A stretch of DNA of 64,000 nucleotides from Candidatus Wolfebacteria bacterium RIFOXYD12_FULL_48_21 (GCA_001793945.1 MGIW01000006.1:70179-134178), one strand, 5' to 3'. Positions 38,658 to 49,560 are shown, numbered from the stretch's first letter. A program made the numbers and translations. Notes: generated by a model from the letters alone, not told the origin.

Positions 38658-39172
38658 AACAGCGCATATCCATACAATCGGGAGGATTTCTTCTTGTCGA
38701 AGCCATGGTATCTATGAGCGTATTGATGGTCGGCGTGCTTGGTATATTTGCGCTCATGTCCCAGTCGATCAAACTTACTCGAGTGATCAACGATCAATAT
38801 GTTTCCACCTATCTTGCGGCAGAGGGAATCGAAGTGGTAAAGAACATACTTGATTCAAATGCGCTTACCGATCCCGGCGCATGGAATGCCGGAGGGTTTG
38901 ATGCGGCTGCGTGCTACGAACTTGACTATACAACCGATGATATTGGCTCCGCGCTGTCGGCGTCGTGTTCGGGAAGCGGTGCTACGCCCTTGCTGTTCGA
39001 TGGCTCTGTTTATAGTTATGCGGGCGGAACGGCGAGCGGTTATTCGCGAACGGTGCAGATCGCTCCGATCATGGATGGCGCGCAGATCGGTGTGCGCGTG
39101 CGTTCCATTGTGCGTTGGGCCGGCGGAGAACAATCGTTTGCACTGGAGGACACATTTTATGCGTGGCATTGA
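38654..39172 (+). CDS. Minor pilin / pseudopilin
   Basis: QSGG|FLLVEAMVSMSVLMV. Confidence 0.7.
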   Translation: MKQRISIQSGGFLLVEAMVSMSVLMVGVLGIFALMSQSIKLTRVINDQYVSTYLAAEGIEVVKNILDSNALTDPGAWNAGGFDAAACYELDYTTDDIGSALSASCSGSGATPLLFDGSVYSYAGGTASGYSRTVQIAPIMDGAQIGVRVRSIVRWAGGEQSFALEDTFYAWH

Positions 39173-39183
39173 TCATGACTATG

Positions 39184-39846
39184 GCATGTAAACAAAAACA
39201 AAAAATGCAAAGAGGATTCACCTTGATCGAACTGATCGTCGCATTCGGTATTTTTGCCATTCTGATCACTATTGCCTCCGGGAGTTTTGTGCGTTCGTTG
39301 CGCATTCAGCGGGTTTCGTTGCAGCTCATGGCGGTCAACGACAATATGGCAATAACTCTGGAACAGATGATGCGCGAGATGCGGACCGGGTATAACTTTT
39401 GCACCAACACGGAAAATCTTTCTGCTGCCGATCCTTCCGTGCAGGCGCAATGCGCCGCACTGGACAACGGAGAGATTCAATTCGTGACCGCCGGCAATGT
39501 TTTGGTGCGGTATCGCTTGAAAAACGAGGCCATTCAAAAGGGTGTTGGCGTTGCCGCATGGGATCCGGCAAATCCGCCTGAAACGGCTTGCGACGAGGGT
39601 GAGTTTGATGCGACCAGCGGTGTTTGTTATCGCACTATGACCGCGGATACGATCAAGGTCTCTGATGCCAATTTTCGTGCGTTGCACAACGATGTGGAAG
39701 TTTCTCCGTTGTATCCACCGCGCATCGTGCTGAGTTTTGCTGTTACCAGCAGCGATCCTTTGGTCGAGGCGTTTGCGAGTCCCATTACCATTCAAACGAC
39801 AGTGAGTGCGCGGTGTGGGGTTAGCTCGTGCCCCTCCGACTCGTAA
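39184..39846 (+). CDS. Minor pilin (PilW/GspJ-like)
   Basis: MQRG|FTLIELIVAFGIFAILI. Start ambiguous between 39184 and 39208. Confidence 0.65.
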   Translation, partial: ACKQKQKMQRGFTLIELIVAFGIFAILITIASGSFVRSLRIQRVSLQLMAVNDNMAITLEQMMREMRTGYNFCTNTENLSAADPSVQAQCAALDNGEIQFVTAGNVLVRYRLKNEAIQKGVGVAAWDPANPPETACDEGEFDATSGVCYRTMTADTIKVSDANFRALHNDVEVSPLYPPRIVLSFAVTSSDPLVEAFASPITIQTTVSARCGVSSCPSDS

Positions 39847-39961
39847 TAGGATGGTTCACGGTTGACGGCTCATAGTTTACGGGCGGAAGCAGTTGGTGCA
39901 TTTAGTCGACTGTGAACCGTAAACTGTTAATGGTTATCGAAGAATAAACAGTCTAAATACA

Positions 39962-40363
39962 ATGCAATCGTTTATGAAGCGACCTAACATAAAAAAATAT
40001 ACCCAACGGGGGCAGGCTATGATCCTGACGGTGCTCGTGTTGTCGAGCATCGTGCTTTCGTTGTCATCCATCGGCGGGTATTTGATGCTGGTCCGCTTGC
40101 GCATCAGTTCCGATATCGGCAATACCATGCGCGCCATTTACATTGCCGATGCGGGGCTTGAGTGTGAAGCATATAACCATTTCAAAAATAGCGATGCGGC
40201 GGGATTTTGTGCTGATGCCGCCCGAAATGCTTTTCTGTCCGGTGAAGTTGATGATACGGCGCGTTTTTATTATGAAACGGTCTATGTATCTGCTGCACCT
40301 TCGTATATTCGTTCCATTGGAACTGCTCGGAATGTAAACCGGTCGTTCCGGCTTGATTTCTGA
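39962..40363 (+). CDS. PilX-like pilus-associated protein
   Basis: N-terminal hydrophobic helix. Last gene of the minor-pilin cluster. Confidence 0.4.
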   Translation: MQSFMKRPNIKKYTQRGQAMILTVLVLSSIVLSLSSIGGYLMLVRLRISSDIGNTMRAIYIADAGLECEAYNHFKNSDAAGFCADAARNAFLSGEVDDTARFYYETVYVSAAPSYIRSIGTARNVNRSFRLDF

Positions 40364-40477
40364 AATAACCCATAGGCATAAGACATGTTGGACATATGCA
40401 TTTATGGCCGGCATTTTATTTCGGGCGGGAAATGGGCTATAGTTATATACATCATATAATCAGATAGAGACACCAAT

Positions 40478-43303
40478 ATGCAATTCAAAAAAGTAGAGAA
40501 AAAGTGGCGGGAGACATGGAAAAAGGAGGGTATCTACCGGACCAAGGATGCGGTGAAAGGAAAGAAAAACTTTTACAGCATGGTCATGTTTCCGTACCCG
40601 TCGGGGGATCTGCACATCGGACATTGGTATAACTTTGCACCCGCGGATGTTTTTACGCGGTTCAAGCGCATGAGCGGTTTCAATGTTCTTTCTCCAATCG
40701 GGTTTGATGCGTTCGGTCTGCCCGCAGAAAATGCGGCCATCAAGCGGGGTATTCATCCGAAGACATGGACATACAAGAATATCAAAACGATGACGGCCCA
40801 GTTGGAGAACATGGGTACGATGTACGATTGGGATCGCCGCGTCATTACTGCCGATCCGGAATATTACAAATGGACGCAATGGATGTTTCTGCAGTTGTTC
40901 CATGCAGGGCTTGCGTACCGCACGAAGGCGAAGGCGAATTGGTGTCCGAAGGATCGGACCGTTCTTGCGAACGAACAGGTCATCGACGGCAAGTGCGACC
41001 GGTGCGGAACGGAGGTCATCCAGCGCGACATCGACCAGTGGCTTCTGAAGATTACCGATTATGCGGAGCGTTTGTTGCAGGATCTGAACGGGCTTGATTG
41101 GCCGGAAAAGACCAAGGCCATGCAGCGCAATTGGATCGGCAAATCCGAAGGTACGACGGTTAAGTTCATGATCGACGGGCTTGATGTGGCTATTTCCAAG
41201 GAAACATTCAAGTTCATGCCGCATCTTATCCCATCGGTACTGTCCGGTGAAAAACGCATTACCTATCGGCTTGAACCGAAAGCAGTGAAGACCGGCGACA
41301 TTGTGCAGCTCATCAACCATGCGAGCAAGGAGCGCTTTGCTTTGGCGCGCATCACCAAGGTGGTGAAGGACACAATGAAGCATGTGTCTGAAACGCAAGA
41401 AGGGCACGAGAAATTCAAGACCCGGAAGGAGTTTTATGCTACATATTCAAAATACTACGACAAGAAGGTTGTCGATGATACCGATATATGGATGTATCAT
41501 ATGGAGGTTATCGACGATTCCATCGATGTGTTTACGACGCGCGTGGATACTATTTTTGGTTGCACCTATGTCGTGGTCGCTCCCGAGCACCGGCTTATCG
41601 GGACATTGCAAAAACAAATAACAAATAGCAGGGAGGTTTCCGCATATGTTGCAAAGGCGCGCAAAAAGTTGGAACGAGAGCGCATGATCGAGGAAAAGAA
41701 AAAGACCGGCGTCGAGTTGCAGGGGATCAAGGCGATCAATCCGTTTACGGGCGAACGCGTACCGGTGTTTGTTGCCGACTATGTTTTGGGTGGTTATGGT
41801 ACGGGTGCCGTTATGGCCGTTCCCGCGCATGACGAGCGCGATCTTGCATTTGCGAAGCAGTTTGGTCTACCGATTAAGACCTCCATTGTCGCAAAAGATG
41901 CCGCGCCGGCCGACGAATGCATGACCGAAGATGGCGTGCTTGTCGATTCCGAATCGTTTACCGGTATGGATTCCGCCGCGGCCCGCACGCACATGACGGC
42001 GTGGCTTGAGCATGAGCGGCGCGGAACAGGGAAGGTAAACTATAAGCTGCGTGATTGGCTTATATCGCGCCAGCGCTATTGGGGCTCTCCCATTCCGCTT
42101 GTGTTTTGTGAACGGTGCAAGGCGCGCATCGAATCGGGTGAATATAAAAAGGGCGAATTCACCAAGGGTGAACTCGCAAATCCTGGCTGGATTGGTGTTG
42201 CCGAAAAAACGCTTCCGGTGTTGTTGCCGACGGTGAAAAACTATTTGCCGACCGAAGAAGGAAAATCACCCTTGGCGCATTCGAAGGCGTTCGTGAATGC
42301 TCCCTGCCCGCGATGCAAAGGAAAGGGTGCGCGCGAGACCGATACCATGGATACATTCATGTGCTCATCGTGGTACTATTTGCGCTACCCCGACCCGCAC
42401 AACGCGAAGCGGTTTGCCGATGAAAAGAAGCTTGCGGCATGGTTGCCGGCCGATATGTATGTCGGCGGAGCCGAGCATTCCGTAATGCATTTGCTCTATG
42501 CGCGTTTCTTTACCAAGGTATTGCATGACCTTAAGCTCCTTAAGTTTAAAGAGCCATTTACTGCACTGCGGCACCAGGGAACGATTCTTGGCCCCGATGG
42601 ACAAAAAATGTCCAAGTCGAAAGGCAATGTCATCGATCCAGATGATCTGGTAGATACATTTGGCGCCGATGCCGTGCGCATGTACCTGTGCTTCATGGGG
42701 CCGTATGATCAGGGCGGACCATGGCAGCCCGGAGGGATGATCGGTATCGCCCGATTTTTGCAACGCGTCGAGCGGTTGTATGATGCACATATGCAGCGTG
42801 CATCTTCTGCAAAGCGGGTCACTGCGAGTGCTTCTTTGAAAAAGGCATTGCATCAGACTATTAAAAAGGTAGGGGAAGATATCGGCGATTTCCGTTTTAA
42901 CACGGCAGTAAGTGCGTTGATGATATTGCTCAATGTCATGGAAGACCAGCGTGATTCGATTGATACGGAAACGCTGGAGCAATTCCTTGTCATGCTCGCT
43001 CCTTTTGCTCCGTATTTTTCCGAAGAGTTGTATCGTGGCGTGTTGGGCAAGAAGACATCTATTCATATCGCGGCATGGCCAAAATACAATGTCCGGTTGT
43101 CTGCCGAAGACGAATTTGAATTGGTCGTGCAGATCAACGGAAAGACGCGTGATACCGTGCGGGTATCAAAGGGGGTTACGCAGGAGCGTGCGCGTGAGCT
43201 TGCACTTGCTTCGAAAAAGGTGCGCGATGCCGCTCCCGGCATGCGGATCAAAAAGGTCATCTTTGTGCCCGATCGTCTCATTAATCTTGTTATCGAATCA
43301 TGA
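40478..43303 (+). CDS. leuS: Leucyl-tRNA synthetase
   Basis: HIGH (GDLHIGHWYN) and KMSKS (KMSKSKGN) motifs. Confidence 0.95.
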   Translation: MQFKKVEKKWRETWKKEGIYRTKDAVKGKKNFYSMVMFPYPSGDLHIGHWYNFAPADVFTRFKRMSGFNVLSPIGFDAFGLPAENAAIKRGIHPKTWTYKNIKTMTAQLENMGTMYDWDRRVITADPEYYKWTQWMFLQLFHAGLAYRTKAKANWCPKDRTVLANEQVIDGKCDRCGTEVIQRDIDQWLLKITDYAERLLQDLNGLDWPEKTKAMQRNWIGKSEGTTVKFMIDGLDVAISKETFKFMPHLIPSVLSGEKRITYRLEPKAVKTGDIVQLINHASKERFALARITKVVKDTMKHVSETQEGHEKFKTRKEFYATYSKYYDKKVVDDTDIWMYHMEVIDDSIDVFTTRVDTIFGCTYVVVAPEHRLIGTLQKQITNSREVSAYVAKARKKLERERMIEEKKKTGVELQGIKAINPFTGERVPVFVADYVLGGYGTGAVMAVPAHDERDLAFAKQFGLPIKTSIVAKDAAPADECMTEDGVLVDSESFTGMDSAAARTHMTAWLEHERRGTGKVNYKLRDWLISRQRYWGSPIPLVFCERCKARIESGEYKKGEFTKGELANPGWIGVAEKTLPVLLPTVKNYLPTEEGKSPLAHSKAFVNAPCPRCKGKGARETDTMDTFMCSSWYYLRYPDPHNAKRFADEKKLAAWLPADMYVGGAEHSVMHLLYARFFTKVLHDLKLLKFKEPFTALRHQGTILGPDGQKMSKSKGNVIDPDDLVDTFGADAVRMYLCFMGPYDQGGPWQPGGMIGIARFLQRVERLYDAHMQRASSAKRVTASASLKKALHQTIKKVGEDIGDFRFNTAVSALMILLNVMEDQRDSIDTETLEQFLVMLAPFAPYFSEELYRGVLGKKTSIHIAAWPKYNVRLSAEDEFELVVQINGKTRDTVRVSKGVTQERARELALASKKVRDAAPGMRIKKVIFVPDRLINLVIES

Positions 43304-43469
43304 CAAAACATCTTGGCACGATCATCGCGTGGATTATCCTTGCGGGTGTCGCGTTGTACATTGTCCGGCATTTTGCCGAACTTACGGGTGGTGCCTCCGT
43401 GGTGCGGGGGTTGTTTGAATGATCGCCTTTACATAAAAAAACAGCGACGGGAGTCGCTGTTTTTTTATG

Positions 43470-44543
43470 TCAACCATTTTTCTCCGTCAATTTTGCCGAT
43501 AGGGAAAGCGTGCGATTCTTGCGCAATACCGTGAGATAAATAGTATCGCCCACCTCGTATTTTTCAAGCAATTCGCCGAGCGGTTTTTCTGCACTGATCA
43601 ATTCTTTGTTGCACTCCACAATCAGATCGTGCTCTTTCAGCCCGGCAATGGCGGCGGGGCTTTTATCGATGACGCTCTTCATATACGGGCTTGGGCTTAC
43701 CACGAGCGCTCCATGATCGGCGGGAAGCTTTAGCCTGCTCTGCATGTTTTCCGTGACCGTAACATAGTGCACTCCGAGAAACGGTTGACGAATGTGACCA
43801 TAGCGCTGCAGGTCTGTGAGGTCCCTTTTGAGCGTGTTGATCGGCAATGCAAAACCGATATTTTGCGCTCCTTGGATGATCGCCACATTTATGCCGATGA
43901 CCTTCCCGGTGCTGTTGATCAGCGGACCTCCCGAGTTGCCCGGGTTGATTGCCGCATCGGTTTGAATAAGTCCGTGGATCTCTTGAATGGGGGAGCGCGC
44001 GTCTATCTGTGCGGTTATCGCCCGGGAAAGGCCGGAAACGATTCCTTTGGAAACGGTGTTCTGGAATATGCCTAACGCATTGCCGACAGTGATGACGGGT
44101 TCGCCCAGCTCAAGGTGCGCTGAGTCGCCCAAGGAGAGAAAGGGGAATGTGCCCCCATTATCGATCTTCAATATGGCGATGTCGCTCAACGGGTCGCGCG
44201 CAAGTATTTTTGCCTGATATTTTTGTCCGTCATTGGTGATGACGGTGTAGGCGTTCTTCACATCGCTTACGATATGCCGATTGCTGACCACAATCCCTGA
44301 GGGGTCGATGATAAACCCTGACCCATTTCCGACCTTCAGCATGCCGCGCTTATCCGTTTGTTGCCTTAAAAAGCCGAGCTCGCGCTGCTTGAGCCAAAGC
44401 GGAATATCGGGATATTGCTCCGTTGCTTCTTTTTCTATTTCGCCAAATTTTTTTGATACGACGATCGTTACCGTGGCGGGTAGCGCCTTTTTAACGACCG
44501 ATACAAAGCCATCCGTGTGTTCCATATAATCATATTGTATCAT
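43470..44543 (-). CDS. htrA: HtrA/DegP-family serine protease with PDZ domain
   Basis: Catalytic triad context (NRHIV, D, GNSGGPL). Start chosen at MIQYDY to avoid overlap with the divergent gene. The ORF is open to 44717. Confidence 0.75.
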   Translation of the reverse strand: MIQYDYMEHTDGFVSVVKKALPATVTIVVSKKFGEIEKEATEQYPDIPLWLKQRELGFLRQQTDKRGMLKVGNGSGFIIDPSGIVVSNRHIVSDVKNAYTVITNDGQKYQAKILARDPLSDIAILKIDNGGTFPFLSLGDSAHLELGEPVITVGNALGIFQNTVSKGIVSGLSRAITAQIDARSPIQEIHGLIQTDAAINPGNSGGPLINSTGKVIGINVAIIQGAQNIGFALPINTLKRDLTDLQRYGHIRQPFLGVHYVTVTENMQSRLKLPADHGALVVSPSPYMKSVIDKSPAAIAGLKEHDLIVECNKELISAEKPLGELLEKYEVGDTIYLTVLRKNRTLSLSAKLTEKNG

Positions 44544-44619
44544 GAAGCATGTAGCCGTGTCATTTCTGGCCCCACCACCAAGATGTTTCACAAGTTGGCA
44601 TGGGCATGCGTTCACGGGA

Positions 44620-45525
44620 ATGACGATGCGTGCTATACTGTATCGTATGAACATTCGGCGGCCTACCGATCTGCGCAAAAAGCGCGATAAACAGGATGTA
44701 CGAAAAAAATATTTCATCGCCGTTGCTGGTGTTGTTTTTTTGTCGTTGACAGGGTTGGCATTGCTTGCCGTGAAGCAATCCGATTTTTTTACGGTTCGCG
44801 CCGTGGAGGTTTCCGGCGTGCCGGCTGTTTATGGCGAGCAGGTGCTGCGGGATATGAAAGCGTTTTCTCGTGAGCATTCGTTACTGTTTCGATTTTTGGG
44901 AGCCGATAATATGCTTGCGTGGAGTGGTGACCCTGATGAATTTCTTGATGCAAATCCGCAGTTCAAAACATTGCGTGTGCAAAAGGATCCCGTGCATCGC
45001 GCCATCAAGATTGTCATTGATGTGCGTGAAAAATTTGGCGTATGGTGCGGAGCGGGAAGCGGCGATGATGTCCGCTTTATCGTGGACGAGGGCACGGCGA
45101 CTGCGACCGAAAGCGGTGTCACTGTTAGCGATACCATGGGTGAATGTTATTGGTTTGATCGCGATGGCGTTCTGTTTGCCAAGGCGCCGCAGGTGCAAAG
45201 CGAGCTGTTCAATCGCGTGCAGGATTCCACGGGGCGCGCGCTTGTATTGCGCGACAAGATCCTTCCCGACCGTTTATTCGTCAATATGGTCAAGATCTTT
45301 GCGCTTTTAGAGGTCGCTGATATCAACACAAAGACCGTATTCCTTCGGGACCTTGAGCTTGAAGAGGTGTTCGTTGACTCCGTTTCTGACCCCACGCTTT
45401 ATTTTTCTCTTCACGAGAGCCCTGATTTTGCATTGAGCGCCATTGATGCCATAAAGAAATCGGGTGGTTGGGGCGGTCTCGGCTATGTCGATCTGCGTTC
45501 GGAAAATAGGGCATACTACCGTTGA
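44620..45525 (+). CDS. FtsQ/DivIB-like cell-division protein (POTRA)
   Basis: N-terminal TM then FFTVRAVEVSG. Confidence 0.5.
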   Translation: MTMRAILYRMNIRRPTDLRKKRDKQDVRKKYFIAVAGVVFLSLTGLALLAVKQSDFFTVRAVEVSGVPAVYGEQVLRDMKAFSREHSLLFRFLGADNMLAWSGDPDEFLDANPQFKTLRVQKDPVHRAIKIVIDVREKFGVWCGAGSGDDVRFIVDEGTATATESGVTVSDTMGECYWFDRDGVLFAKAPQVQSELFNRVQDSTGRALVLRDKILPDRLFVNMVKIFALLEVADINTKTVFLRDLELEEVFVDSVSDPTLYFSLHESPDFALSAIDAIKKSGGWGGLGYVDLRSENRAYYR

Positions 45526-45572
45526 GTTGTAGCTTTCTCGGTGTAAAAAATCAGTTGGTGTGGTAATATGAA

Positions 45573-47282
45573 GTGTATTTAAGCTATATGGAGGGAAACA
45601 TTTTCTTACAAATAAGTACGCTGCTTGCGTTGACCGTATCCATTGCCTTTTTGGTGCGTTTATTAAAGCAGCCTTTGATTATCGCCTATATCGTTGCCGG
45701 TATCGTTGCGGGCCCGATGTTTTTTAACCTGCTTCACGGCGGAAAGGATCTGTATGAGATATTCGCCCAGTTTGGCGTGGTGCTGCTGCTTTTTGTCATC
45801 GGCCTCAATTTGAACTTTAACCACCTGAAGAGCATCGGCCGGATTTCCTTTATTACCGGTGCGGGGCAAGTGATTTTTACGGGCGTCATGGGTGCCCTTA
45901 TTTTATTGGCAATGAATATGTCGGTCACTACTTCGATCTACTTGGCGGTGGCGATGACATTTTCCAGCACCATCATCATCATGAAGTTCCTGACTGATAA
46001 AAAAGACACGGAAACCATTTATGGGAAATATACGATCGGGCTCATGTTGGTCCAGGATATCATTGCAGTGCTTATCTTGGTCGTGATCGGTATTTTGAGA
46101 TACGAAGGCGGCATTATGGATTCTTTGGGAATTCTCATCTTGAAAATCTTTTTCATGATTGCGCTCGTTGTGGTGGCGTCAAAATATCTTTTGCCTAGGA
46201 TATTGGATAGGATATCCCACTCGAGCGAACTGCTATTCATATTTACCATTACGTGGTGTTTTGGCATTTCAAGCCTTATTTACCTTTCCGGATTTTCCGT
46301 CGAGCTTGGGGCGATCGCCGCGGGTCTTTCGCTTGGATCGTCGCCGTATCAGCCGGAAATAGGAAGTCGCATCAAGCCTTTGCGGGATTTTTTCCTCGTA
46401 CTATTTTTCGTGGTCTTGGGTAGTAAAATGGCCTTCGCAAGCGTTGCCTCCGTTTGGTTTCCGGGGTTGATTCTTTCGTTGTTCATTTTGATCGGCAATC
46501 CGCTCATTCTTTTTCTGCTTTTTAGGAGTCTTAAGTTTACTCGCCGAAACAGTTTTTTGGCCGGGGTAACGGCGGCTCAGGTTAGCGAGTTCGGATTTGT
46601 CATCTTGTTCACCGGCGAGCAAATGGGGCACCTTTCCGGCATGGAGCTTCCCATCTTTACCATTGTGGCGCTTTCGACCATTTTTATCTCTTCCTATCTT
46701 ATTACCTACAGCGAACGCATCTACAATGTTTTGCTGCCGGTGTTTAATGTATTTGGGAAAGACAAACATCGCCAAGACAATCAAGTTCCTGTCATGTACG
46801 ATGCGTGGGTCGTCGGATATCATCGCATAGGGCGCAGGGTTTGTGAAACTTTGCAGGACATGCATGTGAAATTTGCGGTGGTCGATTTTGACCCATCGGC
46901 TATACGACATTTGCGTCGACAAAAAACCCCTTCTTTTTTTGGAGACATCGGTGATGTCGAATTTGTGCAGGATCTTCCTCTATCAAACGGCAAGCTTCTT
47001 ATTATGACCTTGCCCTCGACTGATGATCAGATCAGCTTGATCAATCATATTCGCAAATCGAATGGAACGACCCTGATCATTGCCAACGCGGCACAATATG
47101 CGGACATGGATATTCTGTATGAAGCGGGCGCCGATTATGTCATGATGCCACACCTTTTGGGAGGTAACTGGATAGCCGATGTGGTAAGGACAAAGCGATG
47201 GACCGCGAAGACATTTTCCGAACTCAAAAAGGATCAGCAGGAACAGGAGCATGCGCTTGGCGACGCAAAGCGGTTTGCGTGA
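45573..47282 (+). CDS. CPA2 cation/proton antiporter with C-terminal RCK/TrkA-N domain (Kef-like)
   Basis: About 12 TM helices plus a Rossmann GxGxxG VVGYHRIGRRV. Confidence 0.8.
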   Translation: MYLSYMEGNIFLQISTLLALTVSIAFLVRLLKQPLIIAYIVAGIVAGPMFFNLLHGGKDLYEIFAQFGVVLLLFVIGLNLNFNHLKSIGRISFITGAGQVIFTGVMGALILLAMNMSVTTSIYLAVAMTFSSTIIIMKFLTDKKDTETIYGKYTIGLMLVQDIIAVLILVVIGILRYEGGIMDSLGILILKIFFMIALVVVASKYLLPRILDRISHSSELLFIFTITWCFGISSLIYLSGFSVELGAIAAGLSLGSSPYQPEIGSRIKPLRDFFLVLFFVVLGSKMAFASVASVWFPGLILSLFILIGNPLILFLLFRSLKFTRRNSFLAGVTAAQVSEFGFVILFTGEQMGHLSGMELPIFTIVALSTIFISSYLITYSERIYNVLLPVFNVFGKDKHRQDNQVPVMYDAWVVGYHRIGRRVCETLQDMHVKFAVVDFDPSAIRHLRRQKTPSFFGDIGDVEFVQDLPLSNGKLLIMTLPSTDDQISLINHIRKSNGTTLIIANAAQYADMDILYEAGADYVMMPHLLGGNWIADVVRTKRWTAKTFSELKKDQQEQEHALGDAKRFA

Positions 47283-47291
47283 TCATGGCGA

Positions 47292-47861
47292 TTACGCCGG
47301 AGGATGCTCATTTTTTACGACCGCAATGCTGAAATTATAGAGTGTGTCTTTCCACTCGGCGGCATAGTCTACGCCGATGCGTTTTTTGCGGATGATATGT
47401 TCCGGCGGAATGACGATATTACGGTCTTCGAACCAAAGCCCATTTTGTTCGGTTGCTTCGAGCGCGTTGAACTCTTTGCCTATTTTTAAGAACTTTGTGA
47501 GTTTTGCCGGACCGTCGATGTGCTCCAGTTCTCCGGTCGGAAGCATGATGAGCGCGCTTCGGATCAATATCGCAGCGGGATAATCTTTTGGACCGGTCAC
47601 GATGTTCAGCATCCAATGCATGCCATAGACGAGATAGACATAGAGCGATCCCGCAGAGGCGAACATGGGCTCGGTGCGAGCCGTGCGTCCTTTGTGCGCG
47701 TGTGATGCCTTGTCGTCGGGGCCGTCATACGCCTCGACCTCGGTGATCATGAGCGTCCAGTGGTGCCCATTGTATTCGCGGATTAAAAATTTGCCCACCA
47801 GATCTTCTGCTACAAGGGGAGTCGGTCTATTGAAAAAATCCGATGTGAGTGGCGTATGCAT
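47292..47861 (-). CDS. mpg: DNA-3-methyladenine glycosylase (AAG/MPG family)
   Basis: LVGKFL...ITEVEAY.G..D.ASHA.KG.T.R...MF...G..YVY..YGMH. Confidence 0.85.
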   Translation of the reverse strand: MHTPLTSDFFNRPTPLVAEDLVGKFLIREYNGHHWTLMITEVEAYDGPDDKASHAHKGRTARTEPMFASAGSLYVYLVYGMHWMLNIVTGPKDYPAAILIRSALIMLPTGELEHIDGPAKLTKFLKIGKEFNALEATEQNGLWFEDRNIVIPPEHIIRKKRIGVDYAAEWKDTLYNFSIAVVKNEHPPA

Positions 47862-47929
47862 GGGGGGCGAGGGGCCTTTTTTCTTTGCGTTAATTGTACT
47901 ATAATCGTCATAAAGGAGGAAATCATCTT

Positions 47930-48481
47930 ATGTCCATGGATCCTGAACAGCACAATCCGCTTGTAGCCGCCCTTGAGGCACTTTTGTTTGTGCATGGAGA
48001 TCCGTTGGATATCAAAAAGATAGCATCGGTGCTCAAGGCGGAGAAGCAAGATGTGGAACAGGCAATCGCCACACTTACCGGACATTTGGAGCACGCCGAT
48101 CGCGGTTTGATGCTTGTGCATCAAGAATCGCGGGTACAGTTGGCCACCAAGCCAACATTTTCTTCCATGGTGGAACATTTGGTAAAGGATGAATTTGAAG
48201 AAAAGCTCACGCCTGCCGCACTCGAAACGCTTTCGTTGATCGCGTATTTAGGACCTATTTCCCGTGCGCGAGTGGATTACTTGCGCGGTGTCAATTCCTC
48301 ATACTCGGTTCGCAATCTATTGATGCGCGGGTTGGTCGAAAAGACCTCCGATCCGCAAAGTCCGCATGTTGTCGCATATCGGGTCAGCTTTGATCTGCTT
48401 AAGCATCTGGGCGTTTCTTCCATTGAAGATCTCCCTGATTATCAAAAATATAAGACCATCTCTTCGGAAGCCGAAGCATGA
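47930..48481 (+). CDS. scpB: Segregation and condensation protein B
   Basis: ALLFV...ETLSLIAYLGPISRARVDYLRGV is ScpB wHTH-like. Confidence 0.8.
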   Translation: MSMDPEQHNPLVAALEALLFVHGDPLDIKKIASVLKAEKQDVEQAIATLTGHLEHADRGLMLVHQESRVQLATKPTFSSMVEHLVKDEFEEKLTPAALETLSLIAYLGPISRARVDYLRGVNSSYSVRNLLMRGLVEKTSDPQSPHVVAYRVSFDLLKHLGVSSIEDLPDYQKYKTISSEAEA

Positions 48482-48606
48482 TGTGTTTGTTTGTCTACGA
48501 AATCAAAGGTTGCTTCGCAGCCTTTTGATTATCCCCGGTGCTTTTGGTAGAATGGGCATAGTGTGAAATGTGTATCATTTTGCTTCCCTGAACCGAAATA
48601 ATCTTC

Positions 48607-49560
48607 ATGAGAAAGAGCCGAATTATACTTCTTATCCTATTCATATCCCTTTCATTTGCGGTATTCAAGGCAATGGGAGAAGAAGGAAACCATTATATCG
48701 TCGATCAGACTGCCGTCGTGAAAGATAGCATTTCCGATGCGGGGTCCAATTGGTCACCGATCATTGTTACCGAGGGCGTTGCCCCTGAGCTTGCTGCGCA
48801 GGGTGCTTTTGTGTCTCCTGTTGCCGCAGACATAGATCAACCGTGCGGAGCCGGTGTGGGCATGCGGGAAGGCCTTATGAGCTATCTTAACAGTGATGAA
48901 GTTCTTTTTGAACGGAAGACAGATGGCCGATGGCCTATCGCATCGATTACCAAGCTAATGACCGCCATCGTTGCGACCGAGCTGGGCATGGCTAAGCAGG
49001 ATTTTACATTGACGGATGCAATGGTCAAGACCGAGGGGGATGCCGGCGGTTTTAAAATGGGAGAGCTGTTTACGGGATACGACTTACTTGCGGCTATGTT
49101 GTTGTCATCGAGCAACGATGCCGCGGAGGCATTCGCACAGTCCTATGGCAGGGATGCATTCATTCGGCGCATGAATGTAAAGGCGCAGGAGCTGCGCATG
49201 TTGAGTACTCACTATGTCGATCCATCGGGCTTGTCTCCGTTGAATCAATCGACCCCGAGCGATCTGTATAAATTGGCAGGGTATCTGCACGCGACCCACC
49301 CGGATATTTTGAAGGTTTCCCGCCAACGCAAGGCGACAATCGTCGATCTAAACACAAACCGCAAGCGCATCGTTACCACTATCAATGAGTTTGCCGGGCA
49401 GGCGACATTTCTTGGAGGAAAGACGGGCTACATCGTCGAAGCCGAAGGGAATGGAAATCTGCTCTCCGTATTCATGCATAATGGCCAACCGTTCACGCTC
49501 ATCGTTCTGGGGAGCCCCGATCGATTTGGCGAAACAAAAACACTGCTCAAATGTATCTGA
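48607..49560 (+). CDS. dacA: Serine-type D-Ala-D-Ala carboxypeptidase (PBP5/S11 family)
   Basis: SITKL (SxxK), SSND (SxN) and KTG motifs. Confidence 0.85.
   Translation: MRKSRIILLILFISLSFAVFKAMGEEGNHYIVDQTAVVKDSISDAGSNWSPIIVTEGVAPELAAQGAFVSPVAADIDQPCGAGVGMREGLMSYLNSDEVLFERKTDGRWPIASITKLMTAIVATELGMAKQDFTLTDAMVKTEGDAGGFKMGELFTGYDLLAAMLLSSSNDAAEAFAQSYGRDAFIRRMNVKAQELRMLSTHYVDPSGLSPLNQSTPSDLYKLAGYLHATHPDILKVSRQRKATIVDLNTNRKRIVTTINEFAGQATFLGGKTGYIVEAEGNGNLLSVFMHNGQPFTLIVLGSPDRFGETKTLLKCI

Noticed and set aside
44542-44717. Overlap of htrA (minus) and ftsQ-like (plus) ORF starts
   Set aside because: Resolved by choosing internal Met starts: 44543 for htrA and 44620 for the ftsQ-like gene. The longest-ORF starts would overlap by 176 nt on opposite strands, which is unlikely.
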